NCBI RefSeq assembly: GCF_000009045.1
Contig: NC_000964.3
Span: forward strand, 4,020,001 to 4,052,000
Source of the DNA: Bacillus subtilis subsp. subtilis str. 168
GTDB lineage: Bacteria > Bacillota > Bacilli > Bacillales > Bacillaceae
Length of the DNA: 32,000 nucleotides
Reading direction: 5' to 3'
The notes beneath the pieces were generated by a model. The model saw nothing but the letters and a program-made list of their open reading frames with translations. It had not been told where the DNA came from and made no database searches. This document shows positions 18,794-31,601 of the stretch, in pieces. Both the position numbers and the translations under genes were made by a program. How positions within the stretch are numbered: position 1 is the stretch's first letter; every line of letters starts with the position of its first letter.

Positions 18794-19159
18794 TCACTTT
18801 TTATGTTTTTCCTTCTCTATTTCATGCTCTATCCTCGTGATTTGGCGTCTTATAGAATACACATCGCCCTCTAATGAGTGGATTTTTCCTTCTATGCTTT
18901 CGATGATTCCGCTGACTTGATCGCTTTTGATTTGCTGATATGCTTTGTTCATTCCTTCACGAATATCTTCAAACCGCTCAGCATGTGTTCCTCTCCATGC
19001 CTCCCGGTTAAGATGAGGCCGGTGAATGAGATGCTGGGCCTCAGAGAAATCGTGTTTGATTTGCCTAATTTCGTGCAGCACTCGTTTTAATTGATGGATC
19101 TGTTCCTGCTTTTCATGTAAGTCGGCTTTTACCGAATGTAACAACATTTCACTATGCAT
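18794..19159 (-). CDS. yxiB: Small coiled-coil protein, LXG-toxin accessory/targeting factor.
   Basis: 121 aa, heptad-rich and charged. SD is GAGGTG. It lies 11 nt upstream of yxiC. Confidence 0.85.
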   Translation of the reverse strand: MHSEMLLHSVKADLHEKQEQIHQLKRVLHEIRQIKHDFSEAQHLIHRPHLNREAWRGTHAERFEDIREGMNKAYQQIKSDQVSGIIESIEGKIHSLEGDVYSIRRQITRIEHEIEKEKHKK

Positions 19160-19430
19160 GCCGCAACACCTCGTGTTTCTATCAAACTGTGTAAATTCTT
19201 TACAATACAGACTATTTTCATATTACATGATGGGTCATATTGGATAAATAGGTAAAAAGGATTGTCTTGAGAGGTATAGAACTGGTTCTAAATTGCTAAA
19301 AATACGATCTCATCACCCTATGAAAGGAGAAAACAATCATAGTAGGGACTTTTTATTTAAGCCTTTAATCTCTCCTCCAGTTCTAATTTTTCCTCCCACT
19401 TAACTGTTTCTTATAGTCAATAAAGCTCAT

Positions 19431-19455
19431 AAAAAAACACCTTCCCTCGAAGGCG
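19431..19455 (-). terminator. Rho-independent terminator downstream of abn2.
   Basis: On the minus strand: CGCCTTC-GAGG-GAAGGTG (7-bp stem including one G-U pair) followed by TTTTTTT. It begins about 10 nt after the abn2 stop. Confidence 0.75.
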
Positions 19456-19465
19456 CTTCTCCATC

Positions 19466-20875
19466 TTATTTAGATCCCCATACAGCCTCACCGCTGGTAT
19501 TCAGCACACTAAACGTCATGACGTTCTTCTCTCTCACCGAATCCCACTGGCGTAAAAATACCCCGTTATACTTCTTGCCTGCTAACGTGATGTCGGCGGT
19601 GTTTTTTCCGGTTTTCCTCCATGTTCCGGTCATTTCCCCGGAAATGGTGTGGTTTTTGTTGAGCTGGATGTTGATGGTTTGTTTGATGTCGGCTGAGATG
19701 TCTTTTCCGTGCTGGATAAGTTTGTATGTTCCTGTGATGTCTTTTTGTTTTACTTCTTTCAATGTTTCGCCCGCATAACGATATGGTGCTGCTACCGGCC
19801 AGCCGTCTTTGTTCATGAACAATTGGTGGACTCTGACTTCGTGTTCTTCACCCCTGCCCGGGAAGCGGGTGTGGAAGATTAAATAGGAACGCCCGGTTTT
19901 TTCATCATAGTATGCGGAGTTGTGGCCTGGTGAGACGTACCCGGTGCCTTTTTCATTTTCTGTTTCAAAAGTGTAGCTGCCCATGAGTTTGACGCCGTAT
20001 GGTTCGATGGAACGGTCGTCGAAGAATGTGCCTCCCTTGCCGCGGACGTCGAGCATTGGATTGCCTTCTGCATCATAGTAAGGGCCGTCCGGTTTCTTGG
20101 AGCGGGCCACACGGATGTTGTAGCCGCCTGTTGCATCGAGACCGCCATATGATAGGTATAAGTAGTAGTATTGGGTGTCTGGATTGTAGAGAACATACGG
20201 GCCTTCGATTCTGCTGTGGTTGCCGCCGAGCAGTTTTTTCCCATATCCCTGTCCAGGAAGCGGGAAGCCCGTTTTCGGATTCATTTCAAGTATGAAAATG
20301 CCGCCTGAGTATGATCCGTACACCATCCACAGCTTGCCGTCTTTATCAAAGAAGGTATGCGGGTCGACGACATTCGGATGTTTGGTTGCATCATACGGTG
20401 TTCCATCGCTGCTTGTGCCTTCCATTCCTGATTTCAAAAAGATGCCTTTGTTTTTGTATGGGCCTTCGATGTTGTCAGCAACGGCAACACCCATGGCGGA
20501 TCTTGGCGAATCGCCGCGGCAGGCGTTGTAGTACATGTAGTATTTGCCGTCCGCCAGCTGCGTGACGTCAGCCGCCCAAAGAGTATCGGATTGCGCCCAT
20601 TCGAAGGTTTCTTTTAATTCTTCATAGACATTCGGGATAAGTGGGTTGTCATTGCTTACGCTGGTGGTCAGCTGCTGCCATTGCATGAGGTCATTCGATT
20701 TAGCTGAAGCGAGATGAGATCCAAAAACATAAAAAGTGCCGTTTGTTTCAATGATGGAAGGGTCATGGACGCTGACTTCTTTAAATATAGGTTTTTGTGC
20801 ATAGACGGAGTTTGGGAGGGTGAAGGCCATGATAAGAGCTGCAAGAAAACATACACGGAACAATCGGTTGAACAT
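19466..20875 (-). CDS. abn2: Secreted endo-1,5-alpha-L-arabinanase (GH43).
   Basis: 469 aa. Signal peptide MFNRLFRVCFLAALIMAFTLPNSVYA|QKP. GH43 five-bladed propeller signatures (VHDPSII..., WAADV..., IEGPY...). Recognised as YxiA/Abn2. Confidence 0.93.
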   Translation of the reverse strand: MFNRLFRVCFLAALIMAFTLPNSVYAQKPIFKEVSVHDPSIIETNGTFYVFGSHLASAKSNDLMQWQQLTTSVSNDNPLIPNVYEELKETFEWAQSDTLWAADVTQLADGKYYMYYNACRGDSPRSAMGVAVADNIEGPYKNKGIFLKSGMEGTSSDGTPYDATKHPNVVDPHTFFDKDGKLWMVYGSYSGGIFILEMNPKTGFPLPGQGYGKKLLGGNHSRIEGPYVLYNPDTQYYYLYLSYGGLDATGGYNIRVARSKKPDGPYYDAEGNPMLDVRGKGGTFFDDRSIEPYGVKLMGSYTFETENEKGTGYVSPGHNSAYYDEKTGRSYLIFHTRFPGRGEEHEVRVHQLFMNKDGWPVAAPYRYAGETLKEVKQKDITGTYKLIQHGKDISADIKQTINIQLNKNHTISGEMTGTWRKTGKNTADITLAGKKYNGVFLRQWDSVREKNVMTFSVLNTSGEAVWGSK

Positions 20876-20906
20876 CTAAACAATTCGCCTCTCTTTTTTA
20901 TTAAAT

Positions 20907-20920
20907 TTTAAACGCTTACA
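20907..20920 (-). promoter_or_regulatory. cre-like site upstream of abn2.
   Basis: The minus-strand sequence TGTAAGCGTTTAAA has one mismatch (penultimate base) to TGWAANCGNTNWCA. It lies about 30-45 nt upstream of the abn2 ATG. Confidence 0.35.
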
Positions 20921-21414
20921 TTTCTCTATGAAGATACCCCGGCCTATTAAAACAGCCGAATGTTTTCATATTCATCCAGATAGGTGATTTCTCACTTCAC
21001 TTACATAGTCAGACTGATGTCTGTCTGTTTTGCGCAGAACTTGTTGCTTGCATATCCTCTCCTTCATAGTTCAACTCTTTTGCTGTTTCTCCTTCTTGCA
21101 TCACGTCTGTTTTTCTTTCGCGTACATGTAATAACTGCTTTGTCAGGTTTTGCATCAACTGTGATACAGCCATTTCGTTGTCGGCGTTTTTTAAGATGAT
21201 GCCTGATTGCCCGTCAACACCAGAGTCATTCGGCTGGCTCTTTATAAAACGCCTTGCGAAAAATACGACTTAGTAAACGCATATTGAGAGTTAGACAGCG
21301 GCGCTTGCCTCCTTGTCTGGATATCGTGTGCAATCGCTGAAAAAACCTGTTCTGCTTTCTGCGTCACGCTATTACAATAGCAATCTAACTTGTTAAAGAC
21401 TATAAAAAAACCTT

Positions 21415-21443
21415 TTGACTTCTGCTGCTGAACCAATTAATAT
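21415..21443 (+). promoter_or_regulatory. hut operon sigmaA promoter.
   Basis: TTGACT (21415-21420), 17 nt, TAATAT (21438-21443). An overlapping TATAAT at 21441-21446 would give 20-nt spacing. Confidence 0.7.
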
Positions 21444-21457
21444 AATACTCAGTTAAT

Positions 21458-21472
21458 AGTTATCAGAATTTT
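21458..21472 (+). promoter_or_regulatory. CodY-box-like operator just downstream of the hut promoter.
   Basis: AGTTATCAGAATTTT matches AATTTTCWGAAAATT at 11 of 15 positions. The position fits the amino-acid-repression operator reported downstream of the hut promoter. Confidence 0.35.
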
Positions 21473-21491
21473 TAGGAATTGAGTGATTCAT

Positions 21492-21938
21492 ATGACACTG
21501 CATAAAGAGCGTCGGATCGGCCGGCTGTCTGTTCTCCTGCTGCTGAATGAGGCGGAAGAAAGTACGCAGGTTGAGGAGCTGGAGCGAGACGGATGGAAGG
21601 TCTGTCTTGGCAAGGTAGGATCAATGGACGCACATAAAGTAGTAGCCGCAATTGAAACCGCTTCCAAAAAGAGCGGTGTCATTCAATCTGAGGGTTATCG
21701 GGAGTCACATGCGCTTTATCATGCGACGATGGAGGCTTTGCATGGCGTGACCAGAGGTGAAATGCTGCTGGGATCGCTGCTTCGGACGGTGGGATTGAGG
21801 TTTGCCGTTTTGAGGGGAAATCCTTATGAAAGTGAAGCGGAAGGCGATTGGATCGCTGTCTCGCTTTACGGAACAATCGGGGCGCCGATTAAAGGTCTTG
21901 AGCATGAAACATTCGGCGTTGGAATTAATCACATATGA
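21492..21938 (+). CDS. hutP: HutP, histidine- and Mg-activated RNA-binding antiterminator.
   Basis: The ORF track starts at the GTG at 21483. I use the ATG at 21492 (MTLHKERRIGRLSVLLLLNEAEES..., 148 aa). Sequence recognised. Confidence 0.95.
   Translation: MTLHKERRIGRLSVLLLLNEAEESTQVEELERDGWKVCLGKVGSMDAHKVVAAIETASKKSGVIQSEGYRESHALYHATMEALHGVTRGEMLLGSLLRTVGLRFAVLRGNPYESEAEGDWIAVSLYGTIGAPIKGLEHETFGVGINHI
21653..21666 (+). promoter_or_regulatory. cre inside the hutP coding sequence (CcpA roadblock site).
   Basis: TGAAACCGCTTCCA has one deviation from TGWAANCGNTNWCA. It lies about 200 nt downstream of the promoter, consistent with the described hut cre. Confidence 0.7.
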
Positions 21939-21947
21939 AACAGCCCA

Positions 21948-21964
21948 TAGATCTTAGACGATAG
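21948..21964 (+). promoter_or_regulatory. HutP binding site: three UAG triplets spaced by 4 nt.
   Basis: TAGatctTAGacgaTAG lies directly 5' of, and abuts, the terminator stem. Confidence 0.8.
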
Positions 21965-22008
21965 GGGGCTATGCGTGAAAACAGAAGTTCACAGCATAGC
22001 TCCTTTTT
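21965..22008 (+). terminator. HutP-regulated intrinsic terminator between hutP and hutH.
   Basis: GGGGCTATGCGTGAA pairs with TTCACAGCATAGCTCC (15 bp, with one bulged A and one G-U pair), an 8-nt loop, then TTTTT. Confidence 0.85.
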
Positions 22009-22050
22009 GTATGGGCGCTTTACCAAAGTAAAGAAAAAGGAGTTGGGCTT

Positions 22051-23577
22051 ATGGTGACTTTAGACGGTTCTTCATTGACAACAGCCGACGTCGCTCGTGT
22101 GCTGTTTGATTTTGAGGAGGCAGCGGCTTCTGAGGAAAGTATGGAGCGCGTGAAAAAAAGCAGAGCAGCAGTGGAACGGATTGTACGCGACGAAAAGACA
22201 ATCTACGGCATCAACACCGGATTTGGCAAATTCAGCGATGTCCTGATTCAGAAAGAAGACTCGGCGGCGCTGCAGCTGAATTTAATCCTTTCTCATGCCT
22301 GCGGAGTCGGCGACCCTTTTCCTGAGTGTGTTTCCAGGGCAATGCTGCTTTTGCGCGCCAATGCGCTGTTAAAAGGCTTTTCCGGTGTACGCGCTGAGCT
22401 GATCGAGCAGTTGCTTGCTTTTTTAAATAAACGCGTCCATCCTGTCATCCCTCAGCAAGGATCACTTGGCGCAAGCGGAGATCTGGCGCCGCTTTCCCAC
22501 TTGGCGCTTGCGCTGATCGGACAAGGAGAAGTCTTTTTTGAGGGGGAAAGAATGCCGGCAATGACAGGCTTGAAAAAAGCAGGTATTCAACCGGTAACGC
22601 TGACATCCAAGGAAGGGCTTGCCTTGATTAACGGGACTCAGGCCATGACTGCAATGGGGGTGGTCGCCTACATCGAAGCTGAGAAACTAGCCTATCAAAC
22701 AGAACGAATTGCCAGCTTAACGATTGAGGGGTTGCAGGGAATTATCGATGCATTTGACGAGGATATTCACTTAGCCCGCGGCTATCAGGAGCAGATCGAT
22801 GTCGCAGAACGAATTCGCTTTTATCTATCTGACAGCGGCCTGACAACCTCCCAGGGAGAACTGCGGGTACAGGATGCCTATTCATTGCGCTGTATTCCGC
22901 AAGTACACGGTGCGACTTGGCAGACACTAGGATATGTCAAAGAAAAATTAGAGATTGAAATGAACGCAGCTACAGACAATCCACTCATTTTCAATGACGG
23001 TGACAAAGTGATTTCCGGCGGAAACTTTCACGGACAGCCAATCGCCTTTGCCATGGATTTTCTGAAAATCGCAATATCAGAGCTTGCGAATATCGCAGAG
23101 CGTAGGATCGAACGACTTGTGAATCCGCAGCTGAATGACCTGCCGCCGTTCCTGAGCCCTCATCCCGGTCTGCAATCCGGTGCAATGATCATGCAGTACG
23201 CCGCGGCCTCACTCGTTTCTGAAAATAAAACACTGGCCCATCCTGCAAGTGTGGATTCCATTCCGTCATCCGCCAACCAAGAGGACCATGTCAGCATGGG
23301 AACCATCGCCGCTCGGCATGCTTATCAGGTGATCGCAAATACAAGGAGAGTCATTGCGATCGAAGCCATTTGCGCATTGCAGGCTGTTGAATACAGAGGC
23401 ATAGAACATGCAGCGTCCTATACGAAACAGCTTTTTCAAGAAATGAGAAAAGTCGTGCCGTCCATTCAGCAGGACCGTGTTTTTTCCTATGACATTGAAC
23501 GCTTGACTGACTGGCTGAAGAAAGAATCTTTAATACCTGATCATCAGAATAAAGAACTAAGGGGGATGAACATATGA
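22051..23577 (+). CDS. hutH: Histidine ammonia-lyase.
   Basis: 508 aa. MIO-forming motif [16 protein letters not shown] is AAGGAG, then 8 nt. Confidence 0.97.
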   Translation: MVTLDGSSLTTADVARVLFDFEEAAASEESMERVKKSRAAVERIVRDEKTIYGINTGFGKFSDVLIQKEDSAALQLNLILSHACGVGDPFPECVSRAMLLLRANALLKGFSGVRAELIEQLLAFLNKRVHPVIPQQGSLGASGDLAPLSHLALALIGQGEVFFEGERMPAMTGLKKAGIQPVTLTSKEGLALINGTQAMTAMGVVAYIEAEKLAYQTERIASLTIEGLQGIIDAFDEDIHLARGYQEQIDVAERIRFYLSDSGLTTSQGELRVQDAYSLRCIPQVHGATWQTLGYVKEKLEIEMNAATDNPLIFNDGDKVISGGNFHGQPIAFAMDFLKIAISELANIAERRIERLVNPQLNDLPPFLSPHPGLQSGAMIMQYAAASLVSENKTLAHPASVDSIPSSANQEDHVSMGTIAARHAYQVIANTRRVIAIEAICALQAVEYRGIEHAASYTKQLFQEMRKVVPSIQQDRVFSYDIERLTDWLKKESLIPDHQNKELRGMNI

Positions 23578-25232
23578 CTGATGTAAAAAAATCAATCCGT
23601 GCCAACAGAGGAACAGAGCTTGAATGCTTAGGATGGGAGCAAGAGGCAGTGCTTCGGATGCTTCGAAACAACCTTGATCCAGAAGTCGCCGAGAAGCCGG
23701 AGGACCTCATCGTATATGGCGGGATTGGCAAAGCCGCACGGGATTGGGACGCTTTTCACGCCATTGAGCATTCCTTGAAAACATTAAAAAATGATGAAAC
23801 ATTGCTCGTGCAATCCGGAAAGCCCGTTGGCATGTTCCGTACACACCCGCAGGCCCCTCGCGTGCTCCTAGCAAATTCTGTTCTTGTTCCGAAGTGGGCA
23901 GACTGGGAGCATTTCCACGAACTTGAGAAAAAAGGGTTAATGATGTACGGACAGATGACGGCTGGCAGCTGGATTTACATTGGCTCACAAGGCATATTGC
24001 AAGGAACCTATGAAACCTTCGCTGAGCTGGCGCGACAGCACTTCGGGGGCAGCTTAAAAGGAACGTTGACGCTGACAGCGGGTCTCGGCGGAATGGGAGG
24101 CGCCCAGCCGCTGTCAGTCACGATGAATGAAGGCGTCGTGATTGCCGTCGAGGTTGACGAGAAACGCATCGACAAGCGGATCGAAACAAAATACTGCGAT
24201 CGAAAAACAGCATCGATTGAGGAAGCCTTAGCTTGGGCTGAAGAGGCAAAGCTGGCAGGAAAACCTTTGTCCATTGCACTTCTCGGAAACGCAGCTGAGG
24301 TGCATCACACACTTTTGAACCGAGGCGTCAAAATTGATATTGTGACAGATCAGACATCTGCCCATGACCCTTTAATCGGTTATGTTCCCGAGGGCTATTC
24401 CCTTGATGAAGCTGACCGTTTGCGTCAAGACACTCCAGAGCTTTACGTGCGCCTTGCGAAGCAAAGCATGAAAAAACATGTCGAAGCCATGCTGGCCTTT
24501 CAGCAAAAGGGCTCTATTGTATTTGACTACGGCAACAATATCCGGCAAGTCGCAAAGGATGAAGGGCTGGAGAATGCCTTCGATTTTCCGGGGTTTGTCC
24601 CTGCCTACATCCGCCCCTTATTCTGTGAAGGAAAAGGGCCGTTCCGCTGGGCGGCGCTTTCCGGAGATCCGGCAGATATTTACCGTACGGATGCGTTATT
24701 AAAAGAGCTGTTCCCGACAAATAAAGCCCTTCACCGCTGGATTGATATGGCACAGGAAAAAGTCACCTTCCAAGGCTTGCCGTCCCGTATCTGCTGGCTT
24801 GGATATGGAGAACGAAAAAAGATGGGCCTCGCCATTAACGAGCTGGTTAGAACCGGGGAGCTAAAAGCGCCTGTCGTTATTGGGAGAGATCATTTGGACT
24901 GCGGGTCTGTCGCCTCTCCAAACCGGGAAACAGAAGCGATGAAGGATGGAAGTGACGCTGTCGGTGATTGGGCTGTGCTAAATGCGCTTGTCAACACGGC
25001 GGCGGGTGCAAGCTGGGTTTCCTTCCACCATGGCGGCGGCGTCGGAATGGGCTATTCCCTTCATGCCGGCATGGTTGCAGTGGCCGATGGAAGTGAGCTG
25101 GCTGACGAGCGGCTCGCGCGGGTCTTAACGAGCGACCCAGGAATGGGCATTATCCGTCATGCGGATGCGGGTTATGAACGTGCCGTTGAAGTAGCGAAGG
25201 AACAGGACATTATCGTGCCGATGCAAAAATAA
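23574..25232 (+). CDS. hutU: Urocanate hydratase.
   Basis: 552 aa. NAD-binding motif [10 protein letters not shown]. The ATG overlaps the hutH stop (ATGA). Confidence 0.97.
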   Translation: MTDVKKSIRANRGTELECLGWEQEAVLRMLRNNLDPEVAEKPEDLIVYGGIGKAARDWDAFHAIEHSLKTLKNDETLLVQSGKPVGMFRTHPQAPRVLLANSVLVPKWADWEHFHELEKKGLMMYGQMTAGSWIYIGSQGILQGTYETFAELARQHFGGSLKGTLTLTAGLGGMGGAQPLSVTMNEGVVIAVEVDEKRIDKRIETKYCDRKTASIEEALAWAEEAKLAGKPLSIALLGNAAEVHHTLLNRGVKIDIVTDQTSAHDPLIGYVPEGYSLDEADRLRQDTPELYVRLAKQSMKKHVEAMLAFQQKGSIVFDYGNNIRQVAKDEGLENAFDFPGFVPAYIRPLFCEGKGPFRWAALSGDPADIYRTDALLKELFPTNKALHRWIDMAQEKVTFQGLPSRICWLGYGERKKMGLAINELVRTGELKAPVVIGRDHLDCGSVASPNRETEAMKDGSDAVGDWAVLNALVNTAAGASWVSFHHGGGVGMGYSLHAGMVAVADGSELADERLARVLTSDPGMGIIRHADAGYERAVEVAKEQDIIVPMQK

Positions 25233-27462
<2,230 letters not shown>

Positions 27463-27537
27463 TCTTCTGGCAGGTTGTATTTTGGGTATAAGAAACTCAT
27501 CTGCCTAAGGAATGGCAGCTAAAAGGAGGGCGAGACA

Positions 27538-28965
27538 GTGAATCTTCAGGAGAACAGCAGCCAACAGCTAAAACGCACAATGAAAAGCAGGCACCTATTT
27601 ATGATCTCATTGGGAGGCGTCATAGGCACAGGACTTTTCCTCAGTACGGGCTATACGCTACATCAAGCCGGACCCGGCGGTACGATACTCGCTTATGTAA
27701 TCGGCGGGTTGATGATGTACCTCGTCATGCAATGTCTCGGCGAATTGTCGGTTGCCATGCCGGTGACCGGCTCTTTTCAAAAATATGCTACAACATTTAT
27801 CGGTCCATCTACCGGTTTTATGGTCGGCATCATGTACTGGATCAATTGGGTGGTGACGGTAGGCTCTGAGTTTACCGCATCCGGTATTCTCATGCAGCGC
27901 TGGTTCCCTGACAGCAGTGTATGGATGTGGAGTGCGATTTTTGCAGCCCTTCTTTTTATATGCAACGCATTTTCAGTTAAGTTATTTGCGGAAACTGAAT
28001 TTTGGTTTTCCAGCGTAAAGATTGTCACCATTATTTTATTTATCATTTTAGGAGGAGCCGCCATGTTTGGCCTGATCTCTTTAAACGGAACGGCGGATGC
28101 TCCTATGTTGTCAAACTTCACAGATCATGGCGGGTTGTTTCCAAATGGCTTTCTCGCCGTTTTTATCGCGATGATATCTGTGAGCTTCGCCTTTTCCGGT
28201 ACAGAGTTAATCGGCGTTACAGCAGGAGAATCAGCAAATCCTCAAAAGGATATACCGCGATCCATCCGTAATGTCGCATGGAGAACCGTGATTTTTTTCA
28301 TTGGCGCTGTCTTCATATTATCCGGGTTGATTTCATGGAAGGACGCAGGCGTGATTGAAAGCCCGTTTGTCGCCGTATTTGCGGAGATCGGAATTCCTTA
28401 CGCTGCTGATATTATGAATTTCGTAATATTAACAGCCTTGCTGTCTGTCGCCAACTCAGGCTTATATGCTTCGACCCGTATGATGTGGTCTTTAGCAAAT
28501 GAAAACATGATCAGCTCCCGTTTTAAGAAAGTGACATCTAAAGGCATTCCTTTAAATGCCTTAATGATCAGTATGGCTGTATCTTGTTTATCTCTCGTTT
28601 CCAGTATCGTGGCCCCTGGAACTGTCTATGTGGTGATGGTCGCAATTGCTGGATTTGCAGGAGTCGTGGTCTGGATGAGCATTGCCTTGTCCCAACTCTT
28701 GTTTCGAAAGAGATTTTTGAAAAAAGGGGGGGATGTAAAAGATCTGACATTTCGCACGCCGCTTTATCCTCTTATGCCTATAGCCGCTCTCTTATTATGT
28801 TCTGCTTCTTGTATCGGTCTTGCTTTTGATCCCAATCAAAGAATCGCACTTTTCTGCGGAGTTCCTTGTATCATCCTTTGCTATCTCATCTACCATTTCA
28901 AAAGAAATGTTACAAAAGCGAAAAAAATCAGCCAAGAGGAATATCCAGCCGATCACATCCTATAA
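27538..28965 (+). CDS. hutM: Histidine permease (APC amino-acid transporter family).
   Basis: 475 aa with 12 predicted TM helices. GTG start 7 nt after AAAGGAGGG. Confidence 0.93.
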   Translation: MNLQENSSQQLKRTMKSRHLFMISLGGVIGTGLFLSTGYTLHQAGPGGTILAYVIGGLMMYLVMQCLGELSVAMPVTGSFQKYATTFIGPSTGFMVGIMYWINWVVTVGSEFTASGILMQRWFPDSSVWMWSAIFAALLFICNAFSVKLFAETEFWFSSVKIVTIILFIILGGAAMFGLISLNGTADAPMLSNFTDHGGLFPNGFLAVFIAMISVSFAFSGTELIGVTAGESANPQKDIPRSIRNVAWRTVIFFIGAVFILSGLISWKDAGVIESPFVAVFAEIGIPYAADIMNFVILTALLSVANSGLYASTRMMWSLANENMISSRFKKVTSKGIPLNALMISMAVSCLSLVSSIVAPGTVYVVMVAIAGFAGVVVWMSIALSQLLFRKRFLKKGGDVKDLTFRTPLYPLMPIAALLLCSASCIGLAFDPNQRIALFCGVPCIILCYLIYHFKRNVTKAKKISQEEYPADHIL

Positions 28966-28967
28966 TT

Positions 28968-29010
28968 AAAAAAGCACACCCCGCTCAGCATGGGATGTGC
29001 TTTATTTTTT
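28968..29010. terminator. Bidirectional intrinsic terminator shared by hutM (+) and pdp (-).
   Basis: GCACACCCC pairs with GGGATGTGC (one mismatch), with a 9-nt loop. An A-run lies 5' and TTTATTTTTT lies 3'. The T-run overlaps the pdp stop codon. Confidence 0.85.
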
Positions 29011-30310
29011 ATTCTGTAATTAACGTATGAATCAGCTTCGGCGCCTTCGCTTCCGCGGCGATGCGGATGTTGTCATAGACTTTTGCGATGACTTCATCGA
29101 CGTTTTCTCGGTTAGCGTAAAGCGTTACGAGCGGTTCCCCTTTTTCTACTTTGTCGCCGACCTTTTTGCGGAGCATGATGCCGACGGCTAAATCGATTTC
29201 GTCTTCTTTTGTGGCGCGGCCGGCACCTAACAGCATCGCCGCGACGCCGATTTCGTCCGCGACGATTTCAGAGACGACACCCGCTTCTTTGGCAGGCACA
29301 TCAATTTGATATGCGGCTTGCGGAAGCTTAGACGGATCGTCAACAATTGAGCTGTCGCCGCCTTGGTTTTTCAGGAAATCCTTGAATTTCTCAAGTGCTT
29401 TGCCGTTTTTCATGACTTCTTCCAGCTTCGCTCTCGCTTCGTCCAATGTATCGGCTTTTTTCGCAAGCACAACCATCTGGCTGCCGAGCGTTAAGACAAG
29501 CTCATGAAGATCCTCAGGCCCCTCGCCTTTGAGCGTGTCGATCGCTTCTTTGACTTCAAGCGCATTTCCGATCGCAAAGCCGAGTGGCTGGGACATGTCT
29601 GAAATGACAGCCATTGTTTGACGGCCGACGTTATTTCCGATGCGTACCATCGCTTTGGCAAGTTCAGCTGCGTCTTCTTCTGTTTTCATGAAGGCGCCCG
29701 CTCCCGTTTTTACGTCAAGCACGATGGCGTCCGCCCCGGCAGCGATTTTTTTGCTCATAATCGAGCTTGCAATGAGCGGAATGGAATTGACCGTTCCCGT
29801 TACATCACGAAGCGCGTACAGTTTTTTATCAGCCGGCGTTAAATTGCCGCTTTGGCCGATGACCGCAACCTTGTCGCGGTTCACAAGTTTAATAAATTCA
29901 TCCTTCGTCAGTTCCACGTGGAAGCCCATGATTGCCTCTAACTTATCAATCGTGCCGCCCGTATGGCCGAGGCCGCGGCCGGACATCTTAGCAACCGGCA
30001 CATCAAGAGCCGCAACAAGCGGAGCGAGAACGAGCGTTGTCGTGTCGCCGACGCCGCCGGTAGAGTGTTTATCCACTTTAATTCCTTCAATGGCAGAAAG
30101 ATCAATCGTTTCACCGGAGTTCACCATAGCCATCGTCAAGTCCGCGCGTTCACGGTCACTCATATCCTGGAAGAAAATCGCCATAGCAAGCGCGCTTGCC
30201 TGATAATCAGGAATGCTTCCATCTGTATAGCCGTTCACAAAAAATTGAATTTCTTCAGTGGTGAGTTCTTTTCCGTTTTGTTTTTTGATGATGATATCTA
30301 CCATTCTCAT
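29009..30310 (-). CDS. pdp: Pyrimidine-nucleoside phosphorylase.
   Basis: 433 aa with the family motif KHSTGGVGD. Confidence 0.97.
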   Translation of the reverse strand: MRMVDIIIKKQNGKELTTEEIQFFVNGYTDGSIPDYQASALAMAIFFQDMSDRERADLTMAMVNSGETIDLSAIEGIKVDKHSTGGVGDTTTLVLAPLVAALDVPVAKMSGRGLGHTGGTIDKLEAIMGFHVELTKDEFIKLVNRDKVAVIGQSGNLTPADKKLYALRDVTGTVNSIPLIASSIMSKKIAAGADAIVLDVKTGAGAFMKTEEDAAELAKAMVRIGNNVGRQTMAVISDMSQPLGFAIGNALEVKEAIDTLKGEGPEDLHELVLTLGSQMVVLAKKADTLDEARAKLEEVMKNGKALEKFKDFLKNQGGDSSIVDDPSKLPQAAYQIDVPAKEAGVVSEIVADEIGVAAMLLGAGRATKEDEIDLAVGIMLRKKVGDKVEKGEPLVTLYANRENVDEVIAKVYDNIRIAAEAKAPKLIHTLITE

Positions 30311-30339
30311 GTTTGGTCACCGATCCTTTTCGATTAAGT

Positions 30340-31521
30340 TCAGTAAATCAAGCCCACAATTGCTGCTGATAAAAAGCTGACAAGCGTAGCACCGTATAAT
30401 AATTTCAAGCCGAAACGAGCGACGACATTTCCTTGCTTTTCATTCAGTCCTTTTACGGCACCGGCAATGATTCCGATTGAGGAGAAGTTCGCAAATGACA
30501 CAAGGAATACCGATACGATCGCTGTTGTACGGCCGCTGAAATGGAAACCGTTTTGCGTAAGCGACGTCATGGCGACAAATTCATTCGATACCATTTTTGT
30601 TGCCATAATGCTTCCCGCATTAACAGCTTCATTCCATGGGATACCGACAAGAAAAGCGAATGGAGCAAACACATATCCAAGAATGCCTTGGAACGAAATA
30701 CCGAATACTGCATTAAAAATGCCATTGATCAATGCAATAATCGCGACAAATCCAATCAGCATCGCAGCGACGACAACCGCTACTTTGAAACCGTCAAGAA
30801 TGTATTCTCCGAGCACTTCGAAGAAGGATTGTTTTTCTTCTTCCTCAACACGAAGCATATCCTCTTCTTTTGCAACCTCGTACGGATTGATAATAGAAGC
30901 GATAATGAAACCGCCAAATAAGTTCAAAACAAGCGCTGTTACAACATATTCCGGTTTCAGCATTGTCATATACGCACCGACAATCGACATTGATACAGTT
31001 GACATCGCAGATGCGCAAAGCGTGTACAAGCGCTGCTGATTTAAAAGACCGAGTTCTTTCTTCAAGGAGATAAATACTTCTGACTGCCCTAAAATCGCAG
31101 AAGCCACTGCGTTATACGATTCCAATCTTCCCATACCGTTTACCTTGCTGAGGGCAAGGCCGATATATCTAATGATAAACGGGAGGACTTTCCACTTTTG
31201 CAGAATCCCGATCAGAGCGGAAATAAACACGATTGGCAAGAGAACATTCATAAAGAATGTCGTTTGGTCCGCATTCACCAAGCCGCCAAACACAAAGTTA
31301 ATTCCCTCTGCCGCGTATTCAAGCAGGTAACCGAATCCTTTTGCAAATCCTCCCACGAGGAAATTCCCTATTCCGGTATTGAGGAGAATGTAGCCAAGAA
31401 TAAATTGCAAAATGAGCATAACAACAATTGGGCGGATCTTAATTCTTTTTTTGCCGCTGCTCGCGATCCACGCGAGGCCTAAAAACACGATTAAACCGAT
31501 AATCCCAATCAAATACTTCAT
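30340..31521 (-). CDS. nupC: Pyrimidine nucleoside:H+ symporter (CNT family).
   Basis: 393 aa, multi-TM. Located between deoC and pdp as in the dra-nupC-pdp operon. Confidence 0.96.
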   Translation of the reverse strand: MKYLIGIIGLIVFLGLAWIASSGKKRIKIRPIVVMLILQFILGYILLNTGIGNFLVGGFAKGFGYLLEYAAEGINFVFGGLVNADQTTFFMNVLLPIVFISALIGILQKWKVLPFIIRYIGLALSKVNGMGRLESYNAVASAILGQSEVFISLKKELGLLNQQRLYTLCASAMSTVSMSIVGAYMTMLKPEYVVTALVLNLFGGFIIASIINPYEVAKEEDMLRVEEEEKQSFFEVLGEYILDGFKVAVVVAAMLIGFVAIIALINGIFNAVFGISFQGILGYVFAPFAFLVGIPWNEAVNAGSIMATKMVSNEFVAMTSLTQNGFHFSGRTTAIVSVFLVSFANFSSIGIIAGAVKGLNEKQGNVVARFGLKLLYGATLVSFLSAAIVGLIY

Positions 31522-31601
31522 ATGTGTTTCTCCTTTATTTGTATTCGCTTACAATTACTGTTTCCTCAGAAAACGGAAAGCAGTCTGCCTTCCGTCAGCT
31601 C

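Noticed and set aside
20984-21436. A 71-aa hydrophobic plus-strand ORF (20984..21199) and a 64-aa minus-strand ORF (21242..21436) lie in the abn2-hutP intergenic region.
   Set aside because: The first has no SD and a Leu/Phe-rich composition typical of an antisense shadow. The second starts at a TTG inside the hut promoter with no SD. Neither has features of a real gene.
29640-31039. Long antisense ORFs lie opposite pdp (29640..30203+, 187 aa; 29963..30337+, 124 aa) and opposite nupC (30467..31039+, 190 aa; 30541..30921+).
   Set aside because: The opposite strand encodes full-length, motif-bearing Pdp and NupC. The antisense products are Ser/Ala/Thr-rich with no recognisable domain and no SD. 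This is typical of open antisense frames in moderately GC-rich genes.
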